DNA of 64,000 nucleotides from an uncultured virus (IMG/VR IMGVR_UViG_3300035208_003226) (IMGVR_UViG_3300035208_003226); one strand, 5' to 3'; numbered from the stretch's first letter, positions 30,358-40,445 are shown. The notes: generated by a model not told the origin, from the letters alone. Made by a program: numbers and translations.

Positions 30358-31481
30358 GCGAAGATAAACTAAAAATTAATATCATAGGAGACATTCTTAA
30401 TACAACTGGTTATGCTTCTCATACTCGTGGTTTGTTTAACGCACTTTATAAAATAGCAGATGTAAAACTTTCAACTCAATTATGCCAAGGTTGGGAAAGA
30501 ATGGTTAATGATGCTGAATTAAATGCTATTACAAAACAAATGGATAAACCAGATGTTAATCTTATTATAACAACGCCTCATAATTGGAAATTATTTTTAG
30601 GAACAGGATTTAATGTTGCGTATTGTGTTTGGGAAGGAGATAAAGTTCCGAGAAGTTTTATAGATGAAATGCTAAATCCTAAGATTGATTTAATACTTGT
30701 CCCAAGTGAGCATACAAAACAAGCAATAGAAAATACTATAAATGAATATGAAAAAGAACCAATGATAAGTTTTCAAGGTTTAGATATAGAAAATAAAATA
30801 CAAATTGTACCTCATGGTGTAGACTTCTCTATACTTAAACCAAAAGAAAAGAAACACGAGAAATTTACTTTCGTTATAAATAAAGGTTGGCGTGGAACAA
30901 ACTGGGATAGAGGAGGAGTTCAATACTTACTTAAAGCATTTACAGATGAGTTTTCAAAAAACGATAATGTAGAACTCATACTTAAATTAAATCAAGCTTA
31001 TATAAATCCGCAAATATTGCAACAAGCAGTAGGAATGTTGAATTTACAAAGCGATAGAGCAAATATAAAGTTCTTTTTAGATAATGTTCCGCAAGATAAG
31101 TTACAAGAGTTTTATAATATGGGTGATATATATGTTTGTCCTACAAGGTCTGAAGCATTCGATTTAGGTTCTGCAGAAGCTATGGCTTGTGGATTACCAG
31201 TTATTGTTACGAATTACGGTGGACAAATAGAACATATGAATGAAGAAACTTCATTATTCTGCGATTATAAGTTAGAAGAAGTTAAAGAAGACTTAATGTA
31301 TCAAGGTATAGAATGGGCTACAATTGATATATATGATTTAAGAAAAAAGATGCGTTGGGCTTATGAACATCAGAAAGAAGTTAAAGAAATGGGACTAAAA
31401 GCAGAGAGTTTTATATCTTCTTTTACTTGGGATAAAAGTGCTGAATTGATAGTAAAATTGATAAGTGATATTTCTGGGTAG
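30354..31481 (+). CDS. Glycosyltransferase family 4
   Basis: TGYA, VPHGVD, EAFDLGSAEAMACG. Confidence 0.9.
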   Translation: MSEDKLKINIIGDILNTTGYASHTRGLFNALYKIADVKLSTQLCQGWERMVNDAELNAITKQMDKPDVNLIITTPHNWKLFLGTGFNVAYCVWEGDKVPRSFIDEMLNPKIDLILVPSEHTKQAIENTINEYEKEPMISFQGLDIENKIQIVPHGVDFSILKPKEKKHEKFTFVINKGWRGTNWDRGGVQYLLKAFTDEFSKNDNVELILKLNQAYINPQILQQAVGMLNLQSDRANIKFFLDNVPQDKLQEFYNMGDIYVCPTRSEAFDLGSAEAMACGLPVIVTNYGGQIEHMNEETSLFCDYKLEEVKEDLMYQGIEWATIDIYDLRKKMRWAYEHQKEVKEMGLKAESFISSFTWDKSAELIVKLISDISG

Positions 31482-31501
31482 TATATTATAGCATAAATAA
31501 A

Positions 31502-31561
31502 AGATATCTCATTTTTTGATATGTTTTTACGTATGAATTTTATCAAATAATTGATTGTAGT
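31502..31561 (+). repeat. Dispersed 60-bp element, copy B
   Basis: 39/60 identical to copy A by hand; lies at the convergence of the two transcription blocks. Confidence 0.6.
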
Positions 31562-31674
31562 AAGGGTTAAAGGTAAGATAAGACCAATAAAACCCTACAT
31601 CTTATCCTACCCTCAAAAAAAGATGGTATCAATTTCAAATATACATATCTTCAATAGTATATATATATTTTGGT

Positions 31675-31893
31675 TTATTCTGAAACAAAGAAATCAAACC
31701 CATCTAATAGAAACTTAGCTACTGCTGTTGCTAATCCACCAAGTGGAATTGCCCAAAGTGCAGGAAGAGTGCTAAGAAGCGCTGTTCCTATACCTATAAT
31801 TCCAGATAAAATCAATCTAAGGTTTCCTTTATTCTGCTTTACCCATTCTTTAAATGCATAACCATTAAAATTAAATCTACTCACTTTTATCAC
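31675..31893 (-). CDS. Putative holin-like membrane protein
   Basis: 72 aa, two TM segments, AAGGAGG RBS, at the end of the late region. Confidence 0.5.
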   Translation of the reverse strand: MIKVSRFNFNGYAFKEWVKQNKGNLRLILSGIIGIGTALLSTLPALWAIPLGGLATAVAKFLLDGFDFFVSE

Positions 31894-31955
31894 CTCCTTT
31901 TTATTATATCTTCTCTTATTAGTGGAAAGAGAACGCTTAGAGAACCATTGACTAT

Positions 31956-31981
31956 AAAAATAAAAAAATAAAAAATAAAAA
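31956..31981 (-). terminator. T-rich archaeal-type terminator
   Basis: Repeated oligo-T on the minus strand after 31997. Confidence 0.55.
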
Positions 31982-31996
31982 TTTTGTTTCGTCTAT

Positions 31997-32581
31997 TTAG
32001 TAAACTCTATCGATATTTAAACCTAAAGATTCTTCTGTTGGTTCTACAACTTCTGCATCTTCAAATTCATCATCATAATCTACGTTTTCCACTTTAAGAA
32101 GAACATCGCTTACTTTGGCTATCTTATCTCCGTCTTCAAGAACTTTCAATTTGAAAGTTACTCTATAAACATCCTTAATCAAACCTTTTGTTACATCAGC
32201 ATCTAATACTTCAACTGTTACGTCATCCTTATCAAGTCCTGATATTTCTACATCTAATGCATCTACTAATGCATCTAAGAAATCATCTTCGCTTAAATAA
32301 GCAGTTGCTAATGCTAATGCCTTTTCTTCTTCAGCATCACTTTCAGTTGCAACAACGCCAGTTACTTCTCCAGCAGTTGGTGTCAACGATGTTATTAATG
32401 AATCAATCTTTCCATTGGTTACACTAATAGCGTCTGTTAGTGGTTTTAGGTCTACGTTACTGGTCTTTGCATTATCTTTAATTGCTGTATTTATAGTGAA
32501 ACCTGTTGCCAGGAAACCAACTATAAGTAAAGCAGATATTAATAGTGCAGCTGGCCAGACTGAATTACTTTTTTCTACCAT
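31997..32581 (-). CDS. Acidic membrane-anchored surface protein
   Basis: N-terminal TM, acidic ectodomain; own promoter, RBS and terminator. Confidence 0.75.
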   Translation of the reverse strand: MVEKSNSVWPAALLISALLIVGFLATGFTINTAIKDNAKTSNVDLKPLTDAISVTNGKIDSLITSLTPTAGEVTGVVATESDAEEEKALALATAYLSEDDFLDALVDALDVEISGLDKDDVTVEVLDADVTKGLIKDVYRVTFKLKVLEDGDKIAKVSDVLLKVENVDYDDEFEDAEVVEPTEESLGLNIDRVY

Positions 32582-32679
32582 TTAACTTTAACCTCCTTAC
32601 AATTGTATATTTCACTTTCGTGAATGTAAAAATCTTGAATTTCACCTAATAAATTCATATAATATGACTAATTTCAAGG

Positions 32680-32757
32680 TTTATAAATGTTTTGTTTTTA
32701 GAGATTTTACATCATATATATAAAAATTTATAAATAACAAAGAAATTATTATATAAT
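32680..32757. promoter_or_regulatory. Divergent archaeal promoters
   Basis: Minus AAAACAAAACATTTATAAA at 32680-32698; plus TTTATAAA at 32727-32734; ATTATATAAT at 32748-32757. Confidence 0.7.
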
Positions 32758-32790
32758 GAGAAATTATAAAGTTGTAAGGAGGTATTAAGT

Positions 32791-33330
32791 ATGAAAACAA
32801 GAAATAAAGTATTGTTAATAATAGGAATAGTCTTAGCTTTATTATTGATTTGTGGGGCAATTTATTTTGGTTGTCAAAATATAAAAGGGATACAAGGAGA
32901 ACAAGGTATTAAAGGAGATAAAGGCGATAAGGGAGATAAAGGAATTAATGGTAATGAAGGAGATGAAGGAGATAAAGGTAAAACGGGTGCTTCTGGTTCA
33001 ACTGGTGCAACAGGTGCTCCTGGAGAATCAATAACTGTTAATCCTAACAAAACAATAATTGCTGGAATTATATCATTAAATAAATTAGGAGGAACACCCT
33101 TATCAGATGTTGATGTATTTGTAAGTTGCAATAGCAATTTAAAATATGCAATTACAGAAGAGGATGGTTCTTATGGAGTTTCTTTTTCTCAAGATATATG
33201 TAACGTTGAAGATAACGTAATTGTATTAGCAAGTAAAGGAAATCTTACTGGTAAAGGAAATGAAACAGTAATTAATGATAGTAGAAATCCTCCATTAGAC
33301 TTTGCAATAGTTAATGTATATTTAATATAA
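32791..33330 (+). CDS. Membrane-anchored collagen-like protein
   Basis: TM segment, about 15 G-X-Y triplets, beta-rich C-terminal domain; AAGGAGG RBS; T-rich terminator after. Confidence 0.82.
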   Translation: MKTRNKVLLIIGIVLALLLICGAIYFGCQNIKGIQGEQGIKGDKGDKGDKGINGNEGDEGDKGKTGASGSTGATGAPGESITVNPNKTIIAGIISLNKLGGTPLSDVDVFVSCNSNLKYAITEEDGSYGVSFSQDICNVEDNVIVLASKGNLTGKGNETVINDSRNPPLDFAIVNVYLI

Positions 33331-33363
33331 AATTAATTTTTATTTTTTTATTTTTTAATTTTA

Positions 33364-33885
33364 TTAATATAATTTACTATATCCGTGAACAATATACGGA
33401 TTAAAAAAACTTGGATTAGTAGCATTTGTTACTAATCTAAAAAATATTACTAAATCTGAACCGAGATTTGTATTAAATCCTGTTGTATATACTCTATTAA
33501 TTGAGGTAGGTGCAGCATTTCTTATATGGTCAGTAACTATAGAACAATTATTTGGTTCGTGTGATAAACATATTTTTGTATTAGTATGTCCTGAATCAAT
33601 AGTTATATCTAAATTTCCTGAACCTGCTATTCCTGAAATACCTATACCAACAGAACCTGCACCTGGAGCTACATTATTATAAGCATATACATCTACCATT
33701 GCATAATTACCAATAAATGTTCCTCCTGGAATTACTACACTTCCAATCTCTCTAATATCAGTCGAACTTCCAGTATTAATTATTGAACCTGCAGCAAAAA
33801 AACTACTTAATTTTGAAACTTTATTTATTTCACTCGCATATAAAACATCTCCATCTATCTTAGGATATTCTCCTTCATTTGCCAT
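33364..33885 (-). CDS. Tail fibre/receptor-binding-like protein
   Basis: YPKIDGDVLYASEIN anchor-like N-terminus; last tail gene. Confidence 0.55.
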   Translation of the reverse strand: MANEGEYPKIDGDVLYASEINKVSKLSSFFAAGSIINTGSSTDIREIGSVVIPGGTFIGNYAMVDVYAYNNVAPGAGSVGIGISGIAGSGNLDITIDSGHTNTKICLSHEPNNCSIVTDHIRNAAPTSINRVYTTGFNTNLGSDLVIFFRLVTNATNPSFFNPYIVHGYSKLY

Positions 33886-33910
33886 TTTTATATCCTCCTT
33901 TCATTTTAAT

Positions 33911-34273
33911 TTAAAATATCTCCCATGTTTCTTGTATCCTTAATTCAGTTGTTCCATCAAATGTTAATGCGTTTGCCATTATGTTTCTACTCCATACACT
34001 ACCAGCAACACCCGTTCCACTTGATACCATTCCCCATTCTCTTAATTGGTTTCCTGATATTTCTACTGCATTCCAATCTCCAGTCCATGTAATTTTTAAC
34101 GGAACAGAACCGTTTGTTGATGTAACTGCTTGTCTATCCCAAGGATTATATAAATCTGTTTGTGTAACATATGCAGTTCCTGAACCCGAACCAAGTAAGA
34201 AATATGTTGGAACATCTACTGAACCACCTATTAACATGTAAGCCATTCTATTTTTTGTCCAATTTGATATCAT
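33911..34273 (-). CDS. Tail-tip/baseplate structural protein
   Basis: Position; LGSGSG..LREWG pattern, similar to 36572..37036. Confidence 0.6.
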   Translation of the reverse strand: MISNWTKNRMAYMLIGGSVDVPTYFLLGSGSGTAYVTQTDLYNPWDRQAVTSTNGSVPLKITWTGDWNAVEISGNQLREWGMVSSGTGVAGSVWSRNIMANALTFDGTTELRIQETWEIF

Positions 34274-36571
34274 TTAAAAATAACCTCCCGAATATTGTAA
34301 TATGAAATCTGATTTATATCCACCTAAACAATGAGTTGTATAACTTCCTAACAATCCAAGTGTAGGATGTCCAAGAATGAAACTACTTCCTATTGTTCGT
34401 GTCCACACTTCTATTCCACTTTGTCTAATACTAAAACTTCCTGTTGTAAATTTATATCTTGTAAGTAAATCTGTATCTGAAACACTTACACTTTGTAAAT
34501 TTTTAAGTTGCAATAATATATCTTTTAAAGTATCTGTAACATCTGGTATTTTTTTATTTACAACTACATCTAATACATTTCCTTTTAATTCTGTATTTTT
34601 ATTGAATGTGTAATTAACATCTAATATTTTATATTCTGTATTATTAATTCCATATATTGGAATGTCAACAATACACGTTTCTCCTGGAGTAAGAATATTG
34701 ACATCTTTCAATGCTAATCTTCCTTCTTTAATTGGGTCAGAATATAAATCTAATTCACTAAGTAACACCGATTCTGCTATTAATGGGTCTTTTATATTTG
34801 TATCTTGAATTATTTTTGTTCTTCTGCCATATTTATTTATGCTCGCATTATTTTCTCCAACTTTTATTATTGGCAAATCTCTCATATAACTTATAACAAC
34901 ACTATTTCCAGATGATGGTATATTATTTCCTGCAGTAGTTCCTGATGTAAATATAATTTGTTTTTCGTCATAATTTACTAAATACTTAACTTCGCTTCCT
35001 GGATTATAAGTCATTTGATAAATTCCTCCAGGTTGTATTATTGCACCACTAACACTAACAGAAGTATTATGAGGTTTATATAAAAGTGTAAATATACTTC
35101 CTCCAACAGGACTTCCTGCTTTTATAGTTTGTGAATAAGCATCTAAATATCTATCGCCATAAACCCATATATCGTTATAGATTGAATTTCTTTCTTCTTT
35201 GAAAGTAGTAGATAATATATTTGTTGAATTAAAAGTATAACCTGACGATACCATTTCTTCTTCTTTAAAATGTAAATCTTTATTTTCATCAACAAAAAAC
35301 ATATAATCACATTGTTCGGCTAATTGATTTATTGCATCAAATAAGGAAATTTGTTTAAATATAATTCTTGGAATAACTTTTCCATCATCAACATTATCTG
35401 TTGTTATATCATCACAATATTTACTTATGATATCTTTTATTATATCTCCTGCAAGTTCATTCTTATAACTTTCTGGTTCAACTGTTCTATCCATAAGTCG
35501 TGCAGAATAATCACGTCCAGATAATGTTAATGTTTCTTTTAACTCTTTTCCTTTTAAATCGATATTTTCTAATATCCCAGTAAATATTTTATATTTTGGA
35601 TATATAAATTTATCATAATAAATTACAACTTCATCACCAATAGTAAAGTCTTCCGATTTTGTTCCTTTATAATTATTTATTGTTGCAGTAAAGGTATTAG
35701 AATTGTTTGTTTCTCCTATTGTTTTTTTAACACTACAAGTATCAACAAGAGTATTTACTCCATTTATGTTTATTATAAATTTAAAATCCGAAATTGCTTT
35801 GTTTAATTCAAAGGTTTCTGTTGTTGTTATATCTTCAGTTATTTTTGATGCTGTAAAAGATTTTAATAAAAAGGTTTCATTTAATGTTATATTATCATCA
35901 TATGTTCCACTATACACAACGTTTTCAACATTATATACGCGTAAACTTGATGGATTTGTATTTGGAGAAGTAAAACTTCCTATTAATGTTGAACCTATAC
36001 CACTATAAATATAAATATGGTCTGTAGACGAACTAATATTAAGTAGATTATTAGTAAGTGGGTCTACATCAATTCCTTTTGTTGAAACATATGTTGTTAC
36101 AAAATCATCAGTAGAGGTAGATGATATTCCATTATAAAAATATATTGTATTATTAGGTGTATCTATAGCAATTAAATTTCCACTATTATCTATTGAAATA
36201 TGTGTTAATGCATTAGAGGGATAACTTAATGAAAAACTTCCTGTTAAAACAGTTGATATTCCAGAATGAACATATATATAATCTACTTGATTATCTGAAG
36301 TTATCATATTACCAGATAAGTCAAAAGTTATTCCTACAGGCCATGTATTTGGACTTGCAAAACTTCCTGTTATTGTAGAAGATATACCATTATAAATATA
36401 AATATGTGCAGTTGTTTGATTAGTAGTTACTAAATCACCATATGGTGATATACTTATTGAAGATGTATCATTACTTATATCAAAACTTCCTGTTAAAATA
36501 TTTGATATTCCTTTATGTGTATATATTCTACCACTACTATCATAACTAACTAAATCGCCATTATTTACCAT
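34274..36571 (-). CDS. Tail hub/baseplate protein with N-terminal beta-propeller-like repeats
   Basis: Five IY..GI.S...GSF-like repeats, then KIFTG, LSGRDY, FFVDENKDLHF hub motifs. Confidence 0.75.
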   Translation of the reverse strand: MVNNGDLVSYDSSGRIYTHKGISNILTGSFDISNDTSSISISPYGDLVTTNQTTAHIYIYNGISSTITGSFASPNTWPVGITFDLSGNMITSDNQVDYIYVHSGISTVLTGSFSLSYPSNALTHISIDNSGNLIAIDTPNNTIYFYNGISSTSTDDFVTTYVSTKGIDVDPLTNNLLNISSSTDHIYIYSGIGSTLIGSFTSPNTNPSSLRVYNVENVVYSGTYDDNITLNETFLLKSFTASKITEDITTTETFELNKAISDFKFIININGVNTLVDTCSVKKTIGETNNSNTFTATINNYKGTKSEDFTIGDEVVIYYDKFIYPKYKIFTGILENIDLKGKELKETLTLSGRDYSARLMDRTVEPESYKNELAGDIIKDIISKYCDDITTDNVDDGKVIPRIIFKQISLFDAINQLAEQCDYMFFVDENKDLHFKEEEMVSSGYTFNSTNILSTTFKEERNSIYNDIWVYGDRYLDAYSQTIKAGSPVGGSIFTLLYKPHNTSVSVSGAIIQPGGIYQMTYNPGSEVKYLVNYDEKQIIFTSGTTAGNNIPSSGNSVVISYMRDLPIIKVGENNASINKYGRRTKIIQDTNIKDPLIAESVLLSELDLYSDPIKEGRLALKDVNILTPGETCIVDIPIYGINNTEYKILDVNYTFNKNTELKGNVLDVVVNKKIPDVTDTLKDILLQLKNLQSVSVSDTDLLTRYKFTTGSFSIRQSGIEVWTRTIGSSFILGHPTLGLLGSYTTHCLGGYKSDFILQYSGGYF

Positions 36572-37036
36572 TTAACTAAAAGCAATCCTCCAATCTGCTA
36601 AAATTATATCTCCACTACCAACATTTATTGTGGCAAAACAAGTTCTTGCATACATACTACCCGTATCCAAACCACTGGCATTGAATAATCCTGCTTCGTT
36701 TAATCCTTTTGTTGTGTCAATTCCAAAACTACCAATCCATTGTGCAGTATCATTTGCTGTTGTAGTTGTCATTCTTTGTCCAGTAATACTTCCTAAACCA
36801 TATTTTAGATATTGACTTCCTAATACAGTATCTCCAGGCAATATTGTATCGCTACCAATTCCTAATGCCATCCAATCTACTCTTGAGCCAACATTCATAT
36901 CAGCAATTAAATGTCCTGCAATTTGAGATTTTCCGATTGTAAGAATTGTATTATGTATGTTTCTTGAATCTATAATCTCGCCATTTCTAAATTGTCTCAA
37001 TTCAAGATTTCCTTTAACATTTATTTTTTCATTCAT
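36572..37036 (-). CDS. Tail-tip/baseplate structural protein
   Basis: HNTILTIGK, MALGIG, NEAGLFN; follows the tape measure gene. Confidence 0.65.
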   Translation of the reverse strand: MNEKINVKGNLELRQFRNGEIIDSRNIHNTILTIGKSQIAGHLIADMNVGSRVDWMALGIGSDTILPGDTVLGSQYLKYGLGSITGQRMTTTTANDTAQWIGSFGIDTTKGLNEAGLFNASGLDTGSMYARTCFATINVGSGDIILADWRIAFS

Positions 37037-37067
37037 TTTACCTCCTGTTTTAATTTAATTATCATAA

Positions 37068-38672
37068 CTAATATATCGATATCTTTTCTTTTAATTTGCT
37101 TACAAGAGCATCTGCAACATCATCTGCATCAACGCCATAAATATTTCCTTCAATTATGATTGTTGTTCCTCTACCAAGTTCAGATGGGTTTTGTGTTGCA
37201 ATAAGATAATCGCTTGGACTTGTTGATATAATGTTTCCAGTTGGAGATATTACTGCATCCATTACAGATAAATTACTTACTGGTTTTACTGATGATTTTG
37301 AAGATGTTTTGGATGTTATTCCTTCAACTGCTCCTCCTATTTTTTCAAATCCTGTAGTAAAAAATTCTCTAACTTTATTTATTAATTGTGTAATCCAATC
37401 AACAACGCTTTTTACAACCTCTATTATTTTTGTAAAGACATTAATTAAGATTGTTAAGATAGGAATTATTATTTCTAATGCAGGTTTTAAACTTGCCATT
37501 ATACTATTTATTCCTAATTTTATGAATATTGCAATCAATTCAGACGCCATTTTTATTATTGGCGATAATGCTGTAATAATTGGCGATAATGCATTAAATA
37601 ATGGAACCAAAGCTTCTGCTAATATTTGTATGGTTGGTATTAATGGTTCAATTGCTACAAATAATGCATCAAATATAACAAATGCTAAATCCATAAGAGG
37701 TCCCATTAATGGTTGTAATGCTGTAAATAATTTCATAAATACTTCAAAAAGTTTTGTAATCATCTCACTTAATTTAGGAAGATATGGAATTAGTCCTTCT
37801 ACTATTGTTGTTGTGAACTCTATAAATAAAGGAATTAATGGTTGAATAGAAGGAAGAATATCGTTAGCAAAAATATCAAGTAATTCTTTTAATGGAGGAA
37901 GTAATGCCATACCTATTTCTCTTCCCATTAATGTTATTGTATCTTTCATATTCGATATCATACCATTAAATGTTAATGCTTGTTTTGCCATTAAATCTCC
38001 AAACCTTCCTCCTTCAGATGTCATATTCTTAAATGCATCTAAAACCATTTGTGTAGATATTTCTCCTTTAGAAATCATATCGGTTATATCTTGTTCAGAT
38101 ACTCCTAATTGGTTTGATAATTCTTTTAATAATGGAACTCCTGCTACTGCAAAATCTCTTAATTCTCTTCCTGTTAATTTACCTTGTGTTTGAACTTGCC
38201 CTAAATTTAATATAAGTCTTTCTAACCCTTCTTCTCCTAATCCTAATCCTGATGCTATGTCACCAACAGATTTTAATGTGGGAATAACATCCTCTGCTTC
38301 AAATCCTACAGCCATTAATTGTTTAGCAGATTTTTCAACACCTTGTATTGTAAAAGGTGTTCTCTTAGCAAAATTTGCTAATTCATTTAAAAATGAAGTT
38401 GCTTTTTCTGCACTTCCTAACATTGTTGTAAATGCAACTTTTGTTTGTTCAAAATCTCCTGCTAATTTAACAGAAGCAACTCCTACAGAAACCATTGCTG
38501 TTCCAACTGCTATCATTGCAGATGCTCCAATTTTTCCAATAGAAGTCATAATACCACCTAAAGAATTAAAACTTCTTGTAGCTTCAGAAATAGTTTTACT
38601 AAATTCGTCTATTGCTTTAATTGTTATTGCAATTGTTGCACCACTTGCAATTGAACTTAATAAAGAAGCCAT
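37068..38672 (-). CDS. Tail tape measure protein
   Basis: FTTMLGSAEKA, TPF, GKLTGRELR tape-measure domain; amphipathic repeats. Confidence 0.93.
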   Translation of the reverse strand: MASLLSSIASGATIAITIKAIDEFSKTISEATRSFNSLGGIMTSIGKIGASAMIAVGTAMVSVGVASVKLAGDFEQTKVAFTTMLGSAEKATSFLNELANFAKRTPFTIQGVEKSAKQLMAVGFEAEDVIPTLKSVGDIASGLGLGEEGLERLILNLGQVQTQGKLTGRELRDFAVAGVPLLKELSNQLGVSEQDITDMISKGEISTQMVLDAFKNMTSEGGRFGDLMAKQALTFNGMISNMKDTITLMGREIGMALLPPLKELLDIFANDILPSIQPLIPLFIEFTTTIVEGLIPYLPKLSEMITKLFEVFMKLFTALQPLMGPLMDLAFVIFDALFVAIEPLIPTIQILAEALVPLFNALSPIITALSPIIKMASELIAIFIKLGINSIMASLKPALEIIIPILTILINVFTKIIEVVKSVVDWITQLINKVREFFTTGFEKIGGAVEGITSKTSSKSSVKPVSNLSVMDAVISPTGNIISTSPSDYLIATQNPSELGRGTTIIIEGNIYGVDADDVADALVSKLKEKISIY

Positions 38673-38838
38673 TTATTTCTTCCTCATTTTATTTTTATTT
38701 GCTTTTTCCATCTCTTTATTATAATCTTTTATCATATTTGCAGAACAATTATAATCAAAAATTGTTAAACTTCTTACATAATCTAAAGTCCAACCAAAAA
38801 ACTTACATATATTTAACTCACTTTTTACTCTTTTTTTT
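38673..38838 (-). CDS. Tail assembly chaperone -1 frameshift extension (gpGT-like)
   Basis: A8 slippery tract at 38831-38838; -1 frame reads RVKSELNICKFFGWTLDYVRSL... and stops immediately before the tape measure ATG. Confidence 0.8.
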
Positions 38839-39088
38839 CGGTCGGATTGGTAAAATTTACCACATCAGTTTTCAATTCGTTTATTTCTGCAATACTTTTT
38901 TCTATTAACTGACCATCTTTAATACTTAAATCGGATATTTCTTCTTCTGTTAAGTTAGTTGAAAACTTAAACATTTTTAAAATACCTTCTTTTTTACTTC
39001 CATTTGTATCTATTTCTGATGCATCAATGTATTTCATTTCTTTTACTATCACTTCTTTTCCAGAACTTAATTTTATTGTTTTCTCCAT
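38825..39088 (-). CDS. Tail assembly chaperone (gpG-like)
   Basis: Between tail tube and tape measure genes; ends at the slippery site. Confidence 0.8.
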   Translation of the reverse strand: MEKTIKLSSGKEVIVKEMKYIDASEIDTNGSKKEGILKMFKFSTNLTEEEISDLSIKDGQLIEKSIAEINELKTDVVNFTNPTEKKE

Positions 39089-39211
39089 TTATTTAAAAAT
39101 TTCCAAAATTAAAAGTTTTATTAACCAAATACCAAATAATCCCAAACAACTTAAAAGAATATATGAAACTATTTTCTGAAATATTGTCAATTTCACTTTT
39201 TTATTTATCAT
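39089..39211 (-). CDS. Small TM protein (40 aa)
   Basis: Read by hand (MINKKVKLTIFQKIV...); TGAAAGGAGG RBS. Confidence 0.55.
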   Translation of the reverse strand: MINKKVKLTIFQKIVSYILLSCLGLFGIWLIKLLILEIFK

Positions 39212-39241
39212 TATAACCTCCTTTCATATTTACTACTATAA

Positions 39242-39400
39242 CTATCTATATTCATATGTTTTTGTTTTTCTCATTCTAAATAACCAATATAATAATCCTA
39301 TTGGAAAGCATACTAATAACCAAAATATACACCAAAACCAACTACCACTTCGTGTTACTTGTGTTTTAGTTATTATTAAACTTTTGTTTTTCTTTACCAT
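39242..39400 (-). CDS. Small TM protein (52 aa), moron-like
   Basis: Read by hand (...WFWCIFWLLVCFPIGLLYWLF...); own promoter at 39421-39443. Confidence 0.65.
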   Translation of the reverse strand: MVKKNKSLIITKTQVTRSGSWFWCIFWLLVCFPIGLLYWLFRMRKTKTYEYR

Positions 39401-39420
39401 ATTATTAATTATATCAATAG

Positions 39421-39443
39421 ATTTATAAACCTTTTGGTTTTGG
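39421..39443 (-). promoter_or_regulatory. Archaeal BRE-TATA promoter inside the tail operon
   Basis: CCAAAACCAAAAGGTTTATAAAT. Confidence 0.68.
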
Positions 39444-39461
39444 TTATTACTCTAAAGTTAC

Positions 39462-40430
39462 TTACCACGCATTATAACTTCCTATTGCGTCGTAAACATT
39501 AACATATACATTTGTTGGCATAATAGTGCACGTCTGTTCAGTTAATCCTTCAACTGGACTTGGAACTGACATATCAGTAATTCTACAACCACTCATAATA
39601 ATATAAGCACTTCCTGCTGTTGCTTTAATTTCAACCATACTATTGAACGCATTTCCTTGTATGTAGTATGTGTTATAAAGTGTGCTTGCATTATCACTAT
39701 CCATAAGGAAAGTTGCAGCTACTTCATAATCTCTATTTAAAGGTATAACAGTTTCAATTGTTCTACTTCCATTAAGAGGAAATCTACTTTCTAAATTATT
39801 ATTGATTGTCAAACTAAATTCTGTTGCATTTGTAAGTTTTGTTCCTGATGGTAATTGAACATTAATATCACTCCACATATAAGGTTTTGTAGTTCTTGCT
39901 GTTACGGTTGTTACTGTTCCTGATGAATATACAACGTTTTGTGCTTTATATCCTACTTCACAGCTTGCTATTTCTCCTTCTGCCATTGTTAGTTTTAAGC
40001 TATCAATCATGCAACCTTTGAAAGTTCTTATAAAATTGCTTCCTGTTGCTGCTGTTTTCTTTGCATCTTCAAGAGTAAAACTACTCAAACTTTGTGCTGG
40101 AACTGCATAATTAGCATCATCACTATCGCTTTCTCTTATTAAAACGCTTCCTGTTAATACCTGAGCACTTCCTATTGCAAATGCTAAAAACTTCCAATCT
40201 TGTGGATAATAAGTAAATGTTCCTTCATATTCTAATTTTCCATTTGTAAATAAACCAATGTTTCTACTAAAATTTCCTTGAAATCTAATTGGTTCAACTC
40301 CTGCTCCTTCTGTTGCAGAATGGTCTTGAACTAATCCAATCCATTGTCTTGTTCCACTTGCTACTGCATATGTTCCACTTTCAAATTGAAAATTTAACTG
40401 ATTACTATCACCAATATATTTATATCCCAT
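39462..40430 (-). CDS. Major tail tube protein
   Basis: ESGTY, GCMIDSLKL, SLTINNNLE; strong RBS; position. Confidence 0.82.
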   Translation of the reverse strand: MGYKYIGDSNQLNFQFESGTYAVASGTRQWIGLVQDHSATEGAGVEPIRFQGNFSRNIGLFTNGKLEYEGTFTYYPQDWKFLAFAIGSAQVLTGSVLIRESDSDDANYAVPAQSLSSFTLEDAKKTAATGSNFIRTFKGCMIDSLKLTMAEGEIASCEVGYKAQNVVYSSGTVTTVTARTTKPYMWSDINVQLPSGTKLTNATEFSLTINNNLESRFPLNGSRTIETVIPLNRDYEVAATFLMDSDNASTLYNTYYIQGNAFNSMVEIKATAGSAYIIMSGCRITDMSVPSPVEGLTEQTCTIMPTNVYVNVYDAIGSYNAW

Positions 40431-40445
40431 TAATTATTCCTCCTT

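Noticed and set aside
37231..38908. Plus-strand ORFs over the tape measure gene
   Set aside because: Antisense shadows of a clear gene
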